Source: Acidimicrobiales bacterium
GTDB taxonomy: Bacteria > Actinomycetota > Acidimicrobiia > Acidimicrobiales > SHLQ01
DNA length: 35,694 bases
Reading direction: 5' to 3'
Assembly (NCBI GenBank): GCA_013002375.1
Contig: JABDJW010000149.1
Span: 1-35,694 of the forward strand
The notes beneath the pieces were generated by a model. It did not search any database. It was not told the DNA's origin and saw nothing but the letters and a program-made list of their open reading frames with translations. Positions 1 to 7,204 of this stretch are shown piece after piece. The position numbers and the translations under genes were made by a program. The first letter of the stretch is position 1. Each line of letters opens with the position of its first letter.

Positions 1-264
1 CAGCTGGGCCACCCCCAAGACGAGGGCGACGACCACGAAGCCGCCCACCCAACGACGCCACCGTCGCCGGGGGCGAACCGGACCGTCGTAGTCCCAGTCG
101 TCGACGCGGTCCTCGAATCCGGCGTCGATGTTGTCGTCGAAACGATCGTCGTAGCGATCGCCCTGCGGCTGCTCGAGCGGTCGGCCGAATCCGTCGGGGT
201 ACACCTGCGTCGGTGGTCCCGCCGGCGGTGGAGTATTCGGCGGTTGGGGGTGGTGGGGATCCAT
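1..264 (-). CDS. Hypothetical membrane-anchored protein, N-terminal 88 codons only (the gene continues past the left edge)
   Basis: Absent from the ORF track because there is no stop in the window. My translation from the ATG at 264..262 is MDPHHPQPPNTPPPAGPPTQVYPDGFGRPLEQPQGDRYDDRFDDNIDAGFEDRVDDWDYDGPVRPRRRWRRWVGGFVVVALVLGVAQL. The frame is open to position 1 and GC3 is high. It has a Pro-rich acidic head, an Arg cluster and then a hydrophobic helix. Confidence 0.5.
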   Translation of the reverse strand, partial: MDPHHPQPPNTPPPAGPPTQVYPDGFGRPLEQPQGDRYDDRFDDNIDAGFEDRVDDWDYDGPVRPRRRWRRWVGGFVVVALVLGVAQL

Positions 265-480
265 GCGGGCTCGAGTTCAGCACGATTTCGGCGCGATGCC
301 GCAGCACCACGGCGACGCGATCGCGGCTGCGACGGCCGCCGATTTCGTCATCGGTTCGTAATCTTCGGGGAGTTCCGGGTTGAAATTTCAGCGTAGCCGC
401 TCGGGTGGCACCTCAAGCGTTGGCCGCCGCGGTAACCTTTTGCCGCACCTGCACCCTGGCCCCTACCTTCACCGAGCGCG

Positions 481-1653
481 TTGACGAATCCCCGTCTGCA
501 AACCTTCCGCATCGCCCTGCGCCGCATGATGGCGACAGGCCTCGCGCTCTTGGTCCTGGCCGTGCCGGCATCGGCTCAGGACGACCCCGAGGACATCGAC
601 GACGCCCGCGACCAGCGCGAGGAGGCGCGCGACGAACAGGCCCGGACCGCGGCTCTGGTCGAACTCGAGGAGGCCGAACTCGACGAGATCGAGGCGGCGC
701 TGGCTGACATCACGGCGGCGGCGGAGTTCCAACAGTCGAAGGTTGACGCAGCTCGGGCCGATCTGTCGGCCGCACAGAATCAGTTGGCCCAGGCGCAGGA
801 CAACATTGCTCGGACCAACGAACTCATCGCGTCGGCCGAGGCCGAGGTCAAGCGCTTTGCGGTCGAGGCCTACGTCGGCTCGGGCTCGGGCGAAACCGAG
901 GACTGGCTGGAATCGAGCGATGTCGCCGAGACCGCCCGCCGTGAATCCATGCTCGGATACGTCAACGGCGATCAAGCCGATGTGTTCGAGCAGCTGCGCC
1001 AACTGCAGGCCGACCAGGCCGAAGCGGTCGAATCGGCGGCGGCGGCCGAGGCTGAACAGCGGAATATCGAGGCCAAGCTGGCGGTCGACCTCGCGCTGCT
1101 CGAAGACCGCCGCGAGTTGCAGGACGCCATCAAGGCCGAGGTCGAGAGCCGTATCACGGGCCTCGAAGCTCAGCTGCGCGAGCTCGAAGCCGAGGAGGAC
1201 GAGCTCACCACGTTCATCCAGGAGCAGATCGCGGCGACCTCGGCGGCCGATCCGGGCGTTGTCTCGTCATCGGGCTGGACCTGGCCGACCTCGGGCGGGA
1301 TCGGATCCGGCTTCGGCCCCCGGTTCCACCCGATCCTGCGCATCAACCGGCTGCACGCCGGTCTCGACATCGGTGGTGCGCACGGTAACGCGATCTGGGC
1401 TGCGGCCGACGGCACCGTGATCTCGGCCGGCTGGAGTGGCGGCTACGGCAATCGGGTCGTGATCAATCACGGCGGCGGCATCACCACCGTCTACGCCCAC
1501 ATGTCGAGCATTGCGATCTCGAACGGTGCTCGCGTCGAGGCGGGCGACGTCATCGGAGCGGTCGGCAGCACCGGTCTCTCCACGGGGCCCCACCTCCACT
1601 TCGAGGTCCGCTCCAATGGCGTACCGGTCGATCCGCGGCCATATTTGCCGTAA
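481..1653 (+). CDS. Secreted M23 (LytM-type) metallopeptidase with a long N-terminal coiled coil
   Basis: The C-terminus shows the M23 signature HAGLDIGG...GTVISAG...GYGNRVVINHGGGITTVYAHMS...GSTGLSTGPHLHFEV. The N-terminus has the signal-like segment RRMMATGLALLVLAVPASA followed by about 230 aa of E/A/L/Q-rich heptad-like sequence. The first codon at 481 is TTG. In-frame ATGs at 526/529 would remove the positively charged n-region, so I keep 481. Confidence 0.85.
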   Translation: MTNPRLQTFRIALRRMMATGLALLVLAVPASAQDDPEDIDDARDQREEARDEQARTAALVELEEAELDEIEAALADITAAAEFQQSKVDAARADLSAAQNQLAQAQDNIARTNELIASAEAEVKRFAVEAYVGSGSGETEDWLESSDVAETARRESMLGYVNGDQADVFEQLRQLQADQAEAVESAAAAEAEQRNIEAKLAVDLALLEDRRELQDAIKAEVESRITGLEAQLRELEAEEDELTTFIQEQIAATSAADPGVVSSSGWTWPTSGGIGSGFGPRFHPILRINRLHAGLDIGGAHGNAIWAAADGTVISAGWSGGYGNRVVINHGGGITTVYAHMSSIAISNGARVEAGDVIGAVGSTGLSTGPHLHFEVRSNGVPVDPRPYLP

Positions 1654-1792
1654 CTGACCGGCCCGGTTGTTCGGCACGGTAGATGGGCCAAAAGCATCGA
1701 CTCGGCCTCCCGTCTTGAGTTCGCGCTGCGTGGCGAGCCAGAATGGGAATCGGACGGAGTGTCTTCCCCTACCGTTGTGCAAAGGATGCCCA

Positions 1793-2620
1793 ATGACTGC
1801 AGAACTGACTGGTCGCGAAATTGTCGCTCGGACCTTCTCGACCGCCCGGCGGGGCTACGACACAGTTGAGGTTGACGCGTTTCTCGAGAAAGTTGGCCGT
1901 CAGATCGACATGTTGCTCGGTGACATCGATCGACTCAACCGGGAACTCGACGAGGCCCATGCGCTCGTGGCCAAGGCGGCCAAGACGCCACCGACCGAGG
2001 CTGCACCTGCCGCGCCCGTGGCCGCGGCCCCGGTTGCGCCCGCCGAAGACTCGAGCCGAGCCACCGGCGAAGCAGCCGACATCGTGTTGCAGATGGCGCA
2101 CAAGACGGCTGCCGATGCCATTGCGCAGGCCAAAGAGCGCGCCGCGGCGATCACCGCCGAAGCGAAGAGCTCGGTGTCCGAAGCGGTCACGACGGCCGAA
2201 GCAAGAGCCGCCGAGGTGGTCCAGAGCGCAGAAGCCAACGCAGCCGAGACCCTGCAGGCCGCGGAAACCACGGCCAACGAGACCGTCGCGGCAGCCGAAT
2301 TCAAGGCGGCTGAAATGCAGCGCGAGAGCGATCGCAAGGCCTTCGAGGCCGCCAGCCGTAGTCAGGGCGAACTTCGTTCGATCCAGGCCGAGATCGAGAA
2401 GCAGCGCAACGGGCTGATTCTGCTCGACGAACAGCTGGTCATGAAGCGGGAGAATCTCCGCACCCTGGCTGCCGAGATCACCAAGGTGGCCGATGCCAGC
2501 GAGGCGGCACCCACCGATGCCGCCGCCGGTGCGGTCATCGATCTGGCCGCCGCTGAAGCGCAGGCCGCGGGCGAGAGCTCGTCGTCGCCCGCCGACGCGG
2601 AGACCGCCGCCGCCGAGTAA
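1793..2620 (+). CDS. DivIVA-domain protein with an Ala/Glu-rich coiled-coil C-terminal half
   Basis: The N-terminus LTGREIVARTFSTARRGYDTVEVDAFLEKVGRQIDMLLGDIDRLNRELDE is the typical DivIVA domain. I chose the ATG at 1793, which is preceded by aaagga. The track's upstream extension (1667-1792) has poor codon usage. Confidence 0.85.
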   Translation: MTAELTGREIVARTFSTARRGYDTVEVDAFLEKVGRQIDMLLGDIDRLNRELDEAHALVAKAAKTPPTEAAPAAPVAAAPVAPAEDSSRATGEAADIVLQMAHKTAADAIAQAKERAAAITAEAKSSVSEAVTTAEARAAEVVQSAEANAAETLQAAETTANETVAAAEFKAAEMQRESDRKAFEAASRSQGELRSIQAEIEKQRNGLILLDEQLVMKRENLRTLAAEITKVADASEAAPTDAAAGAVIDLAAAEAQAAGESSSSPADAETAAAE

Positions 2621-2634
2621 CCCGACGGCGAGGT

Positions 2635-3207
2635 TCAGGGTCCGCCCTCGTTCGGGTCCTCACGCAGCATGAACGGTTCGGCGACGGCCTTTACGCAGCC
2701 GCACCGGCACGTGCGAAGTGCTTCGCTGGCATTGAACTCGTCGAGGATGGCCTTGAGTTCGGTGACGATGTCGGCCAGCGCGAACTGCCGTTCGTAGAGC
2801 ACCTCATCACAGCAGTCGCAGTACCACCGGATGCGGTCGAGTTCGCCGTCACGTCGCTGGCGTTCGACCACGACGCCCCAGGTGTCGGCCGGTCGCAACG
2901 GACTGTGGGGGACATCGGCGGGCACCAGGAACAGCTCGCCCGGGGCGACGAGATGACTCTCGACCGGTCCATCGGCGCCATCGGGAAGCGGCCGACGGAT
3001 GTCGACCTGGATCGTGCCCTCGAGCTGGTAGAAGATTTCATCACCAGGGTCGATGTGGAAGTCGTTTCGGGCGTTTGGTCCCCGGACCACCATGAAGATG
3101 AAATCGGAATCGGCGAAGACCACCTGATTCGACACCGGTGGTTCAAAGAGCTCTTGGTTCTCCTCGATCCAACGTTCCAGATGGACCGGGTTGAGCGGCA
3201 GCGCCAT
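2635..3207 (-). CDS. nbaC: 3-hydroxyanthranilate 3,4-dioxygenase (cupin), with a C-terminal Cys4 rubredoxin-like site
   Basis: The sequence WIEENQELFEPPVSNQVVF...FIFMVVRGPNARNDFHIDPGDEIFYQLEG...GELFLVPADVPHSPLRP matches the HAAO cupin core. The C-terminus carries CDCC...CRCGC cysteines. I place the start at the ATG at 3207 (MALPLNP...). The first ATG at 3246 would overlap psuG. Confidence 0.8.
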   Translation of the reverse strand: MALPLNPVHLERWIEENQELFEPPVSNQVVFADSDFIFMVVRGPNARNDFHIDPGDEIFYQLEGTIQVDIRRPLPDGADGPVESHLVAPGELFLVPADVPHSPLRPADTWGVVVERQRRDGELDRIRWYCDCCDEVLYERQFALADIVTELKAILDEFNASEALRTCRCGCVKAVAEPFMLREDPNEGGP

Positions 3208-3236
3208 ACCCGCGAGCGTATCGTTACCCTGCGGGC

Positions 3237-4151
3237 ATGGAATCACCCTTGGTCATCTCGGACGAGGTTCGGCAAGCGACGGCCGACGGCCGCGGCGTCG
3301 TCGCCCTCGAGTCGACCATCTTCTCGAACCTGGGCCTTCCCTCGCCGGCCAATCAGGAGGCGCTCATCCGGTGTATCGGTGCGATCGAAGACGCGGGGGC
3401 GGTGCCGGCGTTGACCGCGGTCCTCGACGGCGTGCCGCGGGTCGGCCTCGCCCCGGCCGAGCACGAGCGCATCCTCGGCCCCGCGACGAAGTTGGCCGAG
3501 CGCGATCTCGGCGTGGCCATGGCCCAGGGTTGGGCGGTTGGGGCAACGACCGTCTCGGCGTCGGCGGCCCTGGCGGCGGGCGCGGGCGTGGCGGTCTTTG
3601 CGACCGGGGGTATCGGTGGTGTCCACCGAGGCAACGCGGTGAGTGGCGACGTCAGCGCAGATCTGGGTGCCATCGCACGGCATCCGGTGACGACCGTCTG
3701 CGCCGGCGCGAAGTCGTTCTTGGATCTCGGGAAGACGGTCGAGCAGCTCGAGACCCTCGGGGTGCCGGTCTTGGGATACGGCACCGATACCTTCCCGGCG
3801 TTCTACGGCCGCTCGAGCGGCATCCCGGTGCCGCACCGGGTCGATGGCCCGGAAGAGGTGGCCGCCATCGTCGCCGCCCGCCGCAGCGTGCAGCCCTCGG
3901 CCGGCGGTGTCCTGGTCGCCGTGCCGATCCCGGAGGCCGACGCACTGCCGCAAGTCGAACTCGACGAAGCGCTCGACGCCGCCCTGGCGGCCGCGGCGCG
4001 AGACGGGCTCACCGGGGCGGCGATCACGCCCTTCGTCTTGGCCCACATGGCTCAGGTCACCGAAGGTCGCAGCGTGCCGGCCAACCTGGCGCTGGCCGAG
4101 AACAACGCATCGGTCGCGGCCCAGATCGCCACCGAGCTGGCCGGCCGGTAG
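3237..4151 (+). CDS. psuG: Pseudouridine-5'-phosphate glycosidase
   Basis: Full-length match by eye to the PsuG/IndA family: VVALESTIFSNLGLPSPANQE...TGGIGGVHRG...DVSADLGAIA...VCAGAKSFLDLGKTVEQLETLGVPVLGY...ITPFVL..V..T.G.S..AN..L..NNA. Confidence 0.9.
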   Translation: MESPLVISDEVRQATADGRGVVALESTIFSNLGLPSPANQEALIRCIGAIEDAGAVPALTAVLDGVPRVGLAPAEHERILGPATKLAERDLGVAMAQGWAVGATTVSASAALAAGAGVAVFATGGIGGVHRGNAVSGDVSADLGAIARHPVTTVCAGAKSFLDLGKTVEQLETLGVPVLGYGTDTFPAFYGRSSGIPVPHRVDGPEEVAAIVAARRSVQPSAGGVLVAVPIPEADALPQVELDEALDAALAAAARDGLTGAAITPFVLAHMAQVTEGRSVPANLALAENNASVAAQIATELAGR

Positions 4152-4172
4152 GGGGCTGCCGGCCCAGTCGCC

Positions 4173-5639
4173 CTACCCGGCCGCCAGGCCGCGACGGGCC
4201 AGCCACTCCGCCTCCTGCTGGCCGAGTTCGGTGGCGGGTGGTCCGTCAACCCACGGCCAGAGTTCCTCGGCGATCCTGCGCCAGTCGGCGGTGGCCCCCA
4301 GCTCGGCCTCGATCGCGAACAGGCCGAGGTTGATGCGCTGGATGAGCGCAAACGATGGGGGGACGTTGGCCCACTTGAGCATCTGGCTGTTCTTGGCATC
4401 GAAGGTGTGTCGAATCGTCTTGGACGCGTACTCGGGAGTGATCGTGACCGGCCCTTCGTGGCGCACCAGTTCGTAATAGTGGCTGAACCAGTCGTAGACC
4501 TCGTCGTCGTCGAGCGGCGCATTCGGGCTGACGAGGTTGGCTTCGGTCACCTTTCGGCGGAACGCGGCGGGTTCACCGGCGATCATGGTCTTGATGAGGT
4601 CACCGAACGTGTCGAGCTCGGACTGATCGAAGCGACGCACCAAGCCGAAATCGAGGAACGTCACCCGGCCGTCCGCTCCGAAGAGATAGTTGCCCGGGTG
4701 CGGATCGCCGTTGAAGACACGCAATCGATACAGACTGCGGAACACGAAGCGGTAGAGGATTTCGCCGGCCCGATCGCGCTCGGCTCTCGATCGCTCGAGC
4801 ATGGTGGCGAACCGATCACCCTCGACGAAATCGGTGGTCAGTACCCGCTGGGCCGAGAGATCGGTGTGGACCGACGGTACGTGGATGAACGGGTGGTCGC
4901 GGTAGAACTCGACGAAGGTCTGCTGGGCTGCGGCTTCGGCGCGGTAGTCGAGTTCGTCGCCGATTCGCTCCCGCAGCTCGGCCACCAGTGGGCCCGGCTC
5001 CAACGTGGGAAAGAGCATGGCCAACATCCGTCCGAGGAGATCGCTGTTGTCGAGATCGGCGAGGATGGCCTCGTCGATTCCCGGATACTGCACCTTGACG
5101 GCCACCTGGCGACCATCGTGGGTGATCGCCTTGTGCACTTGGCCGATCGACGCCGCCGCGATCGGCTCGTCGTCCCACGTCGCGAAGAGTTCATCGGCGG
5201 GGCGCCCGAGTTCGGAGGCCACGACCCAGCGGGCGACGTCGCCATCCATCGCGGGGGCGTCCTGCTGGAGTTGGGCCAACGTCTGGCGCACGGACTCGGG
5301 CAGGCCGGCATCGAGGTAGCTCGCCATCTGCCCGAGCTTCATCAGGGCTCCCTTCATCTGCCCCAGGCGTTCGGCGACTTGTTCGGTCGCCCGTTGCTGG
5401 TAGGCCGCGTCCAACTCGGCGCGCGCGCTCTCGCTGGTGGCCCGGGCGCGCTTCACCCGGTGGGTGACCGCCCCGGTCCCCAAACGGGTGCCGAGCCGAG
5501 CGACCTCGACGTTGCGAGCAGATCGCCGACGGTGCGAGACCCCGTGGCCGGCCGGCGCGGTTCCCCGGCGGTGCCGGGCGATCACTGCAGCGGTCGCGGC
5601 CGCCAAGGACAAGGCGAGAATGCGGAAGGAACGGCGCAT
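4173..5639 (-). CDS. ABC1/UbiB (AarF) family atypical protein kinase
   Basis: Motifs GALMKLGQMASYLDAGLPE...LQQDAPAM...PIAAASIGQVHKA...VAVKVQYPGI..AI..DL...GDPHPGN...LDFG are the ABC1 kinase signature. It lies on the same strand as, and 63 bp downstream of, the GGDEF-like gene. Confidence 0.85.
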   Translation of the reverse strand: MRRSFRILALSLAAATAAVIARHRRGTAPAGHGVSHRRRSARNVEVARLGTRLGTGAVTHRVKRARATSESARAELDAAYQQRATEQVAERLGQMKGALMKLGQMASYLDAGLPESVRQTLAQLQQDAPAMDGDVARWVVASELGRPADELFATWDDEPIAAASIGQVHKAITHDGRQVAVKVQYPGIDEAILADLDNSDLLGRMLAMLFPTLEPGPLVAELRERIGDELDYRAEAAAQQTFVEFYRDHPFIHVPSVHTDLSAQRVLTTDFVEGDRFATMLERSRAERDRAGEILYRFVFRSLYRLRVFNGDPHPGNYLFGADGRVTFLDFGLVRRFDQSELDTFGDLIKTMIAGEPAAFRRKVTEANLVSPNAPLDDDEVYDWFSHYYELVRHEGPVTITPEYASKTIRHTFDAKNSQMLKWANVPPSFALIQRINLGLFAIEAELGATADWRRIAEELWPWVDGPPATELGQQEAEWLARRGLAAG

Positions 5640-5702
5640 GGGCTACCACCCTGGCACGTTCGAGTCGCCGAGCAGTGGTCGGTGATCGGGGATTGGGCCA
5701 AC

Positions 5703-6215
5703 TCAGTGGAGGTGCACGGACCGAGCATGCGACGTCGCCGCATTGCCATCGGCGCGGGCCCAGGCGTCGACCAAGCCGGACTCACGGCGCACCGCCCACC
5801 CCAGACCGGCGATGATGCCGGCCTCGGTCAGACTGTCGTCGATCTCGATCGCTCGTAGTTCGGCGTCGTGGACGTTGCGAAGCGGAATCAAGAGCACGCC
5901 GAGCTGGTTGGGGCCGACGACGCAGACTCGGTCGGTGAACTCGAGGTGTCGGGCCACGATGTCGATGACCTGCTGGGCGCGTTCGGCGTTGTGCCGAGCG
6001 CCGGCTACCGAGCTTCCGAAGTCGATCGAGAGCACGCCGGCCGGGAAGCCGGTGCTCTGGCAACGCACTTCTTCATCGATCAACAGCCGTCGCCAATGAT
6101 CCAGATCGCCAACCGCAAAGGTTCGGCCGCGCGCCGAGCGGGCCGATTGCATCGGAACCGCGTCGGTGGAACCGGAGTGAGACTCGGATGAGTTGGTGGA
6201 TTCAATGGCCGACAT
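5703..6215 (-). CDS. Stand-alone degenerate GGDEF-like domain protein (the function call is tentative)
   Basis: The strand and frame have high GC3. The layout LSIDF...AERAQQVIDIVARHLEFTDRVCVVGPNQLGVLLIPL...GLGWAV...ADGNAATSHAR parallels the GGDEF fold (DxDxFK...D.vaRlGGDEFavLLp...SiGva...AD.AlY.AK), with GGDEF replaced by GPNQL. I chose the ATG at 6215. The track's longer ORF, reaching 6353, would run into the neighbouring divergent gene. Confidence 0.55.
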   Translation of the reverse strand: MSAIESTNSSESHSGSTDAVPMQSARSARGRTFAVGDLDHWRRLLIDEEVRCQSTGFPAGVLSIDFGSSVAGARHNAERAQQVIDIVARHLEFTDRVCVVGPNQLGVLLIPLRNVHDAELRAIEIDDSLTEAGIIAGLGWAVRRESGLVDAWARADGNAATSHARSVHLH

Positions 6216-6368
6216 GGGGTGGACCCTTTGGGAAAGTACGACGAGAATGCTTGCTAGATTCACGGTCGGCGCCGCGCGCCGGGATTGAAGCGTTTGACCC
6301 AGACGTCTTGGCTTCCAGCTGCTTTGCGTGGTCGAATCGGGGCCGGCGAACACAGAAGGTGGCGAACC

Positions 6369-7145
6369 GTGGCTTCAACCGAATCGATTGAGTTCGTGGG
6401 ATCGGCCGGGTCCCGGCTGCAGGGTGTTCTGCATCAGCCCGACGGTCCCGTGGTGGGCAGCGTCTTGTTGGCCCATTGTTTCACTTGCTCGAAGGACACC
6501 CAGACCACCAGTCGTCTGGCGAAGGCCTTGACCCGGGCCGGGTACGTCGCTTTCCGGTTCGACTTCACCGGGCTCGGGCAGAGTGGGGGCGAATTCTCCG
6601 AGACAACGGTGAGTTCCAACGTGGGCGACCTCAGTCGAGCCGCCGTGACGCTGATCGAACGAAATGCCGGGCCTTGTGTGCTGGTCGGACACAGTCTGGG
6701 CGGTGCCGCCGCGCTGCTTGCGGCTCGCCGGTTGAAGACGGTGACCGCGGTCGCCGTGGTCGGCGCGCCGGCATCGGTCGAACACGTGACGCACCTGTTT
6801 GGCGACGCCCGAGCCGAAATCGAGACCGTGGGATCGGCCGAGGTCTGCATTGGTGGCCGGCCATTCCGGGTCGGCCGGTCGTTCTTGGATGATCTGGCCA
6901 ATCACGACGTGATCGATGCAGCGGCCAACCTGGCCCGCCCCCTCCTGGTGGTCGTGCCCGGCGCCGACGCCGTGGTGCCTCCGAGCGAGGGGCGACGGAT
7001 CTATGACGCCGCAGCCGAACCCAAGCAACTCGTCGAGGTGGCCGGGGCCGACCATCTGCTGACCAACCGTGACCATGCCGACGAACTGGCCCGAACCCTG
7101 GTCGAGTGGCTGGACACGACCCGCGACGGAAGCTCGCCCGGTTAG
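6369..7145 (+). CDS. Alpha/beta-fold hydrolase
   Basis: It has the LLAHCFTCSKD...RFDFTGLGQSGG... motif, the nucleophile elbow GHSLGG and a late D/H (GADHLL). I suggest the GTG at 6369 as start because the track's ATG at 6285 overlaps the upstream ORF extension of the divergent gene. The start is uncertain. Confidence 0.75.
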   Translation: MASTESIEFVGSAGSRLQGVLHQPDGPVVGSVLLAHCFTCSKDTQTTSRLAKALTRAGYVAFRFDFTGLGQSGGEFSETTVSSNVGDLSRAAVTLIERNAGPCVLVGHSLGGAAALLAARRLKTVTAVAVVGAPASVEHVTHLFGDARAEIETVGSAEVCIGGRPFRVGRSFLDDLANHDVIDAAANLARPLLVVVPGADAVVPPSEGRRIYDAAAEPKQLVEVAGADHLLTNRDHADELARTLVEWLDTTRDGSSPG

Positions 7146-7204
7146 GCCGTCGTAGGTGACCTAGGTCCCTGCCGCAGACCGGATCGAGTTGCCAGAATCA
7201 GGCC

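Noticed and set aside
1667-1792. The upstream extension of the DivIVA-domain ORF (the track's start at 1667), and similar 5' extensions at 13329 (cyclo-ligase), 13314 (hppA), 20075 (gltB) and 6353/6285 (divergent pair)
   Set aside because: The extensions have visibly lower GC3 or Cys/Arg-rich odd composition. Internal starts have better Shine-Dalgarno-like sequences (aaagga, aggaga, gggag, aggag) and give N-termini typical of the families.
3191-4333. A 380-aa plus-strand ORF overlapping psuG in another frame, and 3243..4046 on the minus strand
   Set aside because: The translations are extremely Arg/Gly/Pro-rich, which is typical of an off-frame reading of a GC-rich gene. The psuG frame carries the family motifs.
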